From: the human T2T-CHM13v2.0 reference genome, Homo sapiens
Assembly (NCBI RefSeq): GCF_009914755.1
Contig: NC_060935.1
Direction: 5' to 3' (one strand)
DNA: 64,000 bases
The notes beneath the pieces are model-generated. The model made no database searches, was not told where the DNA came from, and saw only the letters and a program-made list of their open reading frames with translations. Below are positions 58,944 to 64,000 of this stretch, piece by piece. The first letter of the stretch is position 1; the number at the start of each line of letters is the position of its first letter. Both the position numbers and the translations under genes were made by a program.

Positions 58944-59771
58944 TAGTTGTGTGTCTATGCTGAGAAGAAAAGTGAATGAGCCAGTATCAGATAGAGGATG
59001 CAGTTCAGAGGTTCATATAATGGGCTCCACCCAGTGTGATTAGGGCATGAACTGGGGTCGTGGTAGTGGGAAGAAAGGAAAAGAAAAGATGCACAAGGAG
59101 GATAGAAAAGGAAGAGTGCCAAAAAATTTTACAAAGTAAGGATGAATGAGTTAAGGGAATGAAGCAGAAAAAGAAAATCTACGTGGCTGCAAGATTGATG
59201 GCACCATTGATGGAAATAAGATAGTATAGAGACAGTATTAGTCAGAATTTATATTATCATATTCACGACTTGGAAATTTTGCATTTCATGCATATGGTTT
59301 ATATGGTAGCCCTCCAATAATTACACTATTTGATTAACTAGACACTCCATTCCTTAATAATGCCAGAAATCAAAGAGCTTACTAGATGCAGAGAATATTC
59401 ATATTAATATCAGCAAGAGAGAGAGGGATGCTTATTCTGCAGAGAAACCAGTTAGCTCTTTGTTACTTTGTAGAACACCATTCTGGAACTCTACTATTGG
59501 TAAATAAGGAGTTTACTTGTGACTGGTTCAGTGCTGGACCTCTTGGGAAGAAAGTACAATGGCTGAGAGAAATGAGCTTGAGTATCACCCAGCCTCTGAA
59601 GACTTTTAGGGCTGGTTAACTATTCCTGGGAACTCTGTCAAGGCCTGTGCTGTCTTTTCTGGGGACATGGGTGGGCGAGTGGACTAAAAGTGATAGAATG
59701 AAGTTCTATAATTAAAGTATTTGGTGGATATGTTGAGAAGTGTCCTCAATCACATTCCTATGTCTTTTCAG

Positions 59772-59911
59772 TGACTCTGATCTCTACTTCACACAAGGGG
59801 ACAACAGAATAGGAGGAAAATACTGGAAGGTTCGGTATACTGAATTTGTTGATGCAACTTTTACTAAAAGAAAGAGACTCTCTGCTGAAGAAGCCCATCT
59901 TGGAATTCTTG
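59772..59911 (+). CDS. HEPHL1: HEPHL1 coding exon 7
   Basis: ttttcag|T; DSDLYFTQGDNRIGGKYWKVRYTEFVDATF...HLGIL; donor G|GTACAG. Confidence 0.95.
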
Positions 59912-60054
59912 GTACAGTAAAACCATCCCCCATGCATTGAACCCAGGGAGATGTTTTAGCTGGGCATGTACATCTGCACAGAATGACTCTTCTGCTCTAC
60001 TTCTTTCTGTCTCTTTTCATTCTCTTCTCTCTCTTCTTCTGGATATTTTTTCAG

Positions 60055-60186
60055 GCCCAGTCATCAAGGCAGAGGTGGGTGATACCCTGTTAGTGACCTT
60101 TGCCAACAAAGCCGACAAGGTCTATAGCATTTTACCCCATGGTGTGATCTATGACAAGGCATCTGATGCAGCCCCAAACCTAGATG
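60055..60186 (+). CDS. HEPHL1: HEPHL1 coding exon 8
   Basis: Follows a 143-bp intron with a long pyrimidine tract; GPVIKAEVGDTLLVTFANKADKVYSILPHGV...; donor G|GTAAGT. Confidence 0.96.
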
Positions 60187-61034
60187 GTAAGTCTCACTCT
60201 GGGCTTAGGGAGGAAACAGGACGGGTGAGCAAAGCACTTAGAAATAAACAGTCCTGGTTCAAATCCTGGTCCTTTCCATTACCTGCCCTGAGAGCTTGGG
60301 CAATCACTTAAACTTTCTGAACCTGATTCTCTCCTGTCAAATGCAGATAACAATACTCACCTCACAGGGCTTTGGAAAGGGATGGAGAGAATTTAGGACA
60401 AGGTCTGGCCCATGGTAGGTTCTTAGGAAATGTTCATTTCTTTCTTTTTTTCTCAGCAATATAGTAAATCTCAAAAGTAAGCTACTTTCACAGTCACTTC
60501 TTTTTCTCTAAGATGGAGAGCTTTTCAGTTGCAGGTTGCATAGGATTCTGCAGGTGAAGGCTGAAGGGAAAATTTGATTTCTAATGGTTTGTTGACATCG
60601 AAATCTTACACATGGTCTTTGCTCTGTATCAAATCAACAAATATATTTATAAAAAACAGTAATGTGTGCTTATCATCTGATATGGCCTCTCCCCATCACA
60701 GAGTACATGGCATAGGTTCTCTAAATGTAAGAAAGGTAGCTGTTGCCCAGTGGCTGTGGGAACTCTAATCCATTCATGATACTGCTCTTGGGAAACTTCT
60801 AGTTCCTTGGTACTCATCCCTATTACTGCAGCAGACACCCTGGCTTCCTGGGATACTCTTCACACTCGAGTGTGATGCCAGGCCCAGTTGAGAACAGGTT
60901 TTGTGGTGATAGTGAGGGGACAGAAGAGAAAGGAATGGAAGAGAATTCCCTCTCCCTGGACCCATCCTCACCCTCTCTTGCTGCGGTAACAATTCCTAAA
61001 ACCATCCTCTCCTCTTTGGTCAAAATACCAAAAT

Positions 61035-61196
61035 GGCTGCGTGCAGTGGGTCATGCCTGTAAGCCCAGCAATTTGGAAGGCTGAGGCAAGAGGATCTCTT
61101 GAGGGAATTCAAGATTACAGTTATAATCATGCCACTGTACTACAGCCTGGGTGACATAGCAAGACCTTGTCTCTTAAAAAAATAAAAGAAAAAAAT
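61035..61196 (+). mobile_element. Alu monomer / internally deleted Alu
   Basis: Alu 5' end joined to right-arm 3' end and A tail. Confidence 0.75.
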
Positions 61197-61920
61197 GCTC
61201 AGAATGACTGTGTGTGTGTGTGCAGAAAGAACACTAGAACTGACAAAATGTTTGTTAACTCAGCAAACATACTGGGCACCTTTTTGCAGAGCACTGGATA
61301 AAATGCAGAATGAGCCTCTGGCCTTGTCTAGTAGGAAAGAATCAATGTGTTTTTTGGCAGTACGGTGTAAGGGTTAAGTGCACAGTCTTTGGAATCAGAC
61401 AAAAACTGAGTTTGAATCCCAGATTTGCTATATATCAATGTCATAACCTTGGGCATTCACTAAACTCCTCTATCTTGTAGTTATTTGGATGATTTCCAAG
61501 TTCAGTCTCCTATATTTCAAACTCTTTAAAGATAGGTTTCTTGCTTAATTCTTTTGGGTATCTTCTGCAAGACCAAGTGTAATATATTCTACATAGAAAG
61601 CATTCCAATGATATTTTATGAATTTTCACTTAACTGTTGAATGGGCCACTATCAGTCTTTTAATATTTGCTAAGGCTGGCATTTGAGCAAGAAATTGTAT
61701 GGGATTTATGAAGAAGATAATCCTTTGATTTAAACTTTTATCTCATAAGCCAGCAGATTGTGGCAGTGGCCTCTTCTGGTAGGATACATAAGAGAAAACC
61801 ACTCTCCTGGTACAAAATTCTTCATCATCAGAGGGAGGCACCCAGGGCTGGAAGACCCAGTCTGACCAATGTAATGTTCTTGCCTGTTGTTTTGAATAAT
61901 TGTTTTGTTTATATCCTCAG

Positions 61921-62132
61921 GATTTGTGAAACCAGGGGCGCATGTTAAACCAGGTGAAACCTTCACATACAAGTGGACAGTGCCTGAGAGCGTAAGCCCA
62001 ACTGCTGGTGATCCTCCCTGTCTGACCTATCTTTACTTCTCAGCAGTTGATCCAATTAAGGACACCAGCTCTGGCCTGGTAGGGCCTTTGCTAGTCTGTA
62101 AAAAGGGCGTCCTCAATGCTGATGGGACACAG
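61921..62132 (+). CDS. HEPHL1: HEPHL1 coding exon 9
   Basis: cctcag|GA; FVKPGAHVKPGETFTYKWTVPE...SGLVGPLLVCKKGVLNADGTQ; donor CAG|GTAGGC, phase 0. Confidence 0.96.
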
Positions 62133-63709
62133 GTAGGCCATTGAGTGTCACCAGTTCTTCTCAGGGTTGTATGTGGGAGAGATCCGCAACAGAGCCAGAG
62201 ACGAGACAGGAATAGTCAGTTACAAAAAGCAATTTGTCTTTCTTCCTCTTGAAGTAGATTTCTACATAATGGAGATTTTATTTGATTTTCTGGTGAAAAT
62301 GTAAGATCTAAATTTATAGTTACAAATGCCCACTCAGGAACCTAGAATCTCTGCTTGTTGTGGTTAGGATTTGGCAGGCCTCTTTTTCTGTGTGCTGCTT
62401 TTATTACAGAATCTTTAGAGATCCACATGGAATGCTAATTGGAATTATTCTTCTTGGACAAGGTTTCTCAAATCAAAATTACTTGGGGACCATTTAAACA
62501 TCCATTATTCAGATACTACAGACTAATTAAATCAGAATCTCCAGATGATTCCAATGTGCAGCCAACGTTGAGAACCACTGTGACCCACAACTGTAAAATG
62601 AAAGTTAATCACTATGGCTGAAGGAAAAAGAAAGCATTTAGATAACTTCTTGCAAGTCCCAACTTAGAGATTTGAATTGTTCAACTGATTAGTGTAGCGA
62701 AGCATAGCCTTTCAAGCTATGTCTACATGATATTAAACATATTAATGAAAAGAGAAAAACAGTCATTTAAGCATCTATTTTACCAATCAGAAATAGCAAG
62801 GACATTTATTTAAATGGTATATTTTATAATTTTTGGCATTGTGTGGCTCCACTTCTGGACTCAAAGGAATTTCCAGATTTAAAAAACACAAAATATCTTG
62901 ATCCTATTTGGATTTTCCTTTCTCTACATGAAGGAACAATCCCGGAAATGTCTATTGCATGTGTTATAAGACTGAATGTTTATGCTGTGCCTCAACAAGC
63001 ACACAAGGCAAAGCGGAATGATTATTCATATTTTAAAGCTGAAGAAACTAAGGCTCAGAGACATTGAGTAGAATTCCAGGAAATACACCTAGTAAGTAGT
63101 GAAAGTTGGCAGTAAAACACAGGACCTTGAACATCCAACTTTGTCCTTTTCCAATGCATCCTCTTGCTTCCTCGCAGCTAAATACCTAAGCCAAGGAGAT
63201 GTAGTGCCAGAAAATGTTTGAAAGGTAGTGCTAATTTTGCCCCCGCTGTGTCCGTTTAATGGTACCTTTGAGGTTTGCTAGAAGCACCTCATAGTCTGTG
63301 GGAATTGTTGCCTAAGCCAAATACTATTCATGGTCAGTCCACTTACACAAAATTCATGAAAAAAAAAAAGTACCCTGAAACATCCTATACCTATAACTTG
63401 GCTGAGAGAGAAAACCATTTGGCCAGATGGAAAGGTATGTTCAATTCAAGAGTTACTTATGAAATACCTGCTATGTGCCAGGCCCTCTATAAGCAAAATG
63501 GTCAGTCTTCTTCTAGGCAGGTGGAGAGATGAAAATGGGAATAAGTGTTTGCGTCTCTTTCCAGTAAATTGTCATAAATTCTCCCAGTGGTGAATGGTCA
63601 GGTACAGAATGTCATTTACTAACACCCCTAGTCCTCCACACTAACCATTCAGTCAAACTCCCTACTCCCATTCTGTTTCTCTCTTTGAATCCACCTCTCT
63701 ATAGATCTC

Positions 63710-64000
63710 ACACTTTTTTGGAAATAATCTGACTTATGAAAAAGTAGAAAAAATTTACAAAGAATCTTCATGTACCCTTCACCCAGATTCATCAACATTT
63801 GATCTCATTTGCTTTATTATTATCTCTCTTTGTTTTTATGGGTTATTTTTCTGAACTGTTTGAGAGTAGGTTGTAGACATAATGTCTTTCAGTGTGTGTT
63901 TCCTAAAAACAAGGACCCTCTCTGACATAAACAAAGTAAAATTATCTGAGTCAGAAAATTAACGTTGACATTATCAAATCTACATACATTTTAAAATTTT
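63710..64000 (-). mobile_element. L1M (MC/MB-type) 3' fragment
   Basis: tacccttcacccagattc, ttcagtgtgtgtttcctaaaaacaagga L1M 3' UTR motifs. Confidence 0.6.

Noticed and set aside
59917-59922. Alternative exon-7 donor GTAAAA 5 nt downstream
   Set aside because: It would frameshift into exon 8; only G|GTACAG keeps LGILGP.

Overview
Primate, almost certainly human, genomic DNA containing the 5' half of HEPHL1 (hephaestin-like 1, a ceruloplasmin/hephaestin-family multicopper ferroxidase) on the + strand. Nine coding exons (8117-62132) splice at canonical GT-AG sites into an uninterrupted 572-codon frame, and the gene continues past the window. Exon 2 is missing from the ORF track. The rest is intronic or upstream DNA dominated by transposable elements. 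These include a Tigger1 carrying a nested MER9 solo LTR and Alus, a MER50-like solo LTR, a full-length but dead L1PA2-like element in intron 1, an old nested L1 block in intron 2 holding a full-length processed prohibitin (PHB1) pseudogene, and many Alu/MIR/L2/MLT fragments. I see no evidence for a wholly new biological system. The most notable unexplained structures are: (i) one 16-bp TSD enclosing a truncated Alu plus the full-length L1, which keeps an intact antisense ORF0; (ii) a perfect 25-bp inverted repeat and a 30-bp direct repeat around 19-21.4 kb; (iii) a 118-bp templated copy of Tigger1 internal sequence inserted next to its own left TIR; (iv) a 134-bp-period tandem duplication inside the PHB pseudogene; (v) a dense TCF/LEF plus AP-1 motif cluster in intron 1. 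Repeat subfamily names come from recalled consensus sequences, and old-repeat boundaries are approximate.
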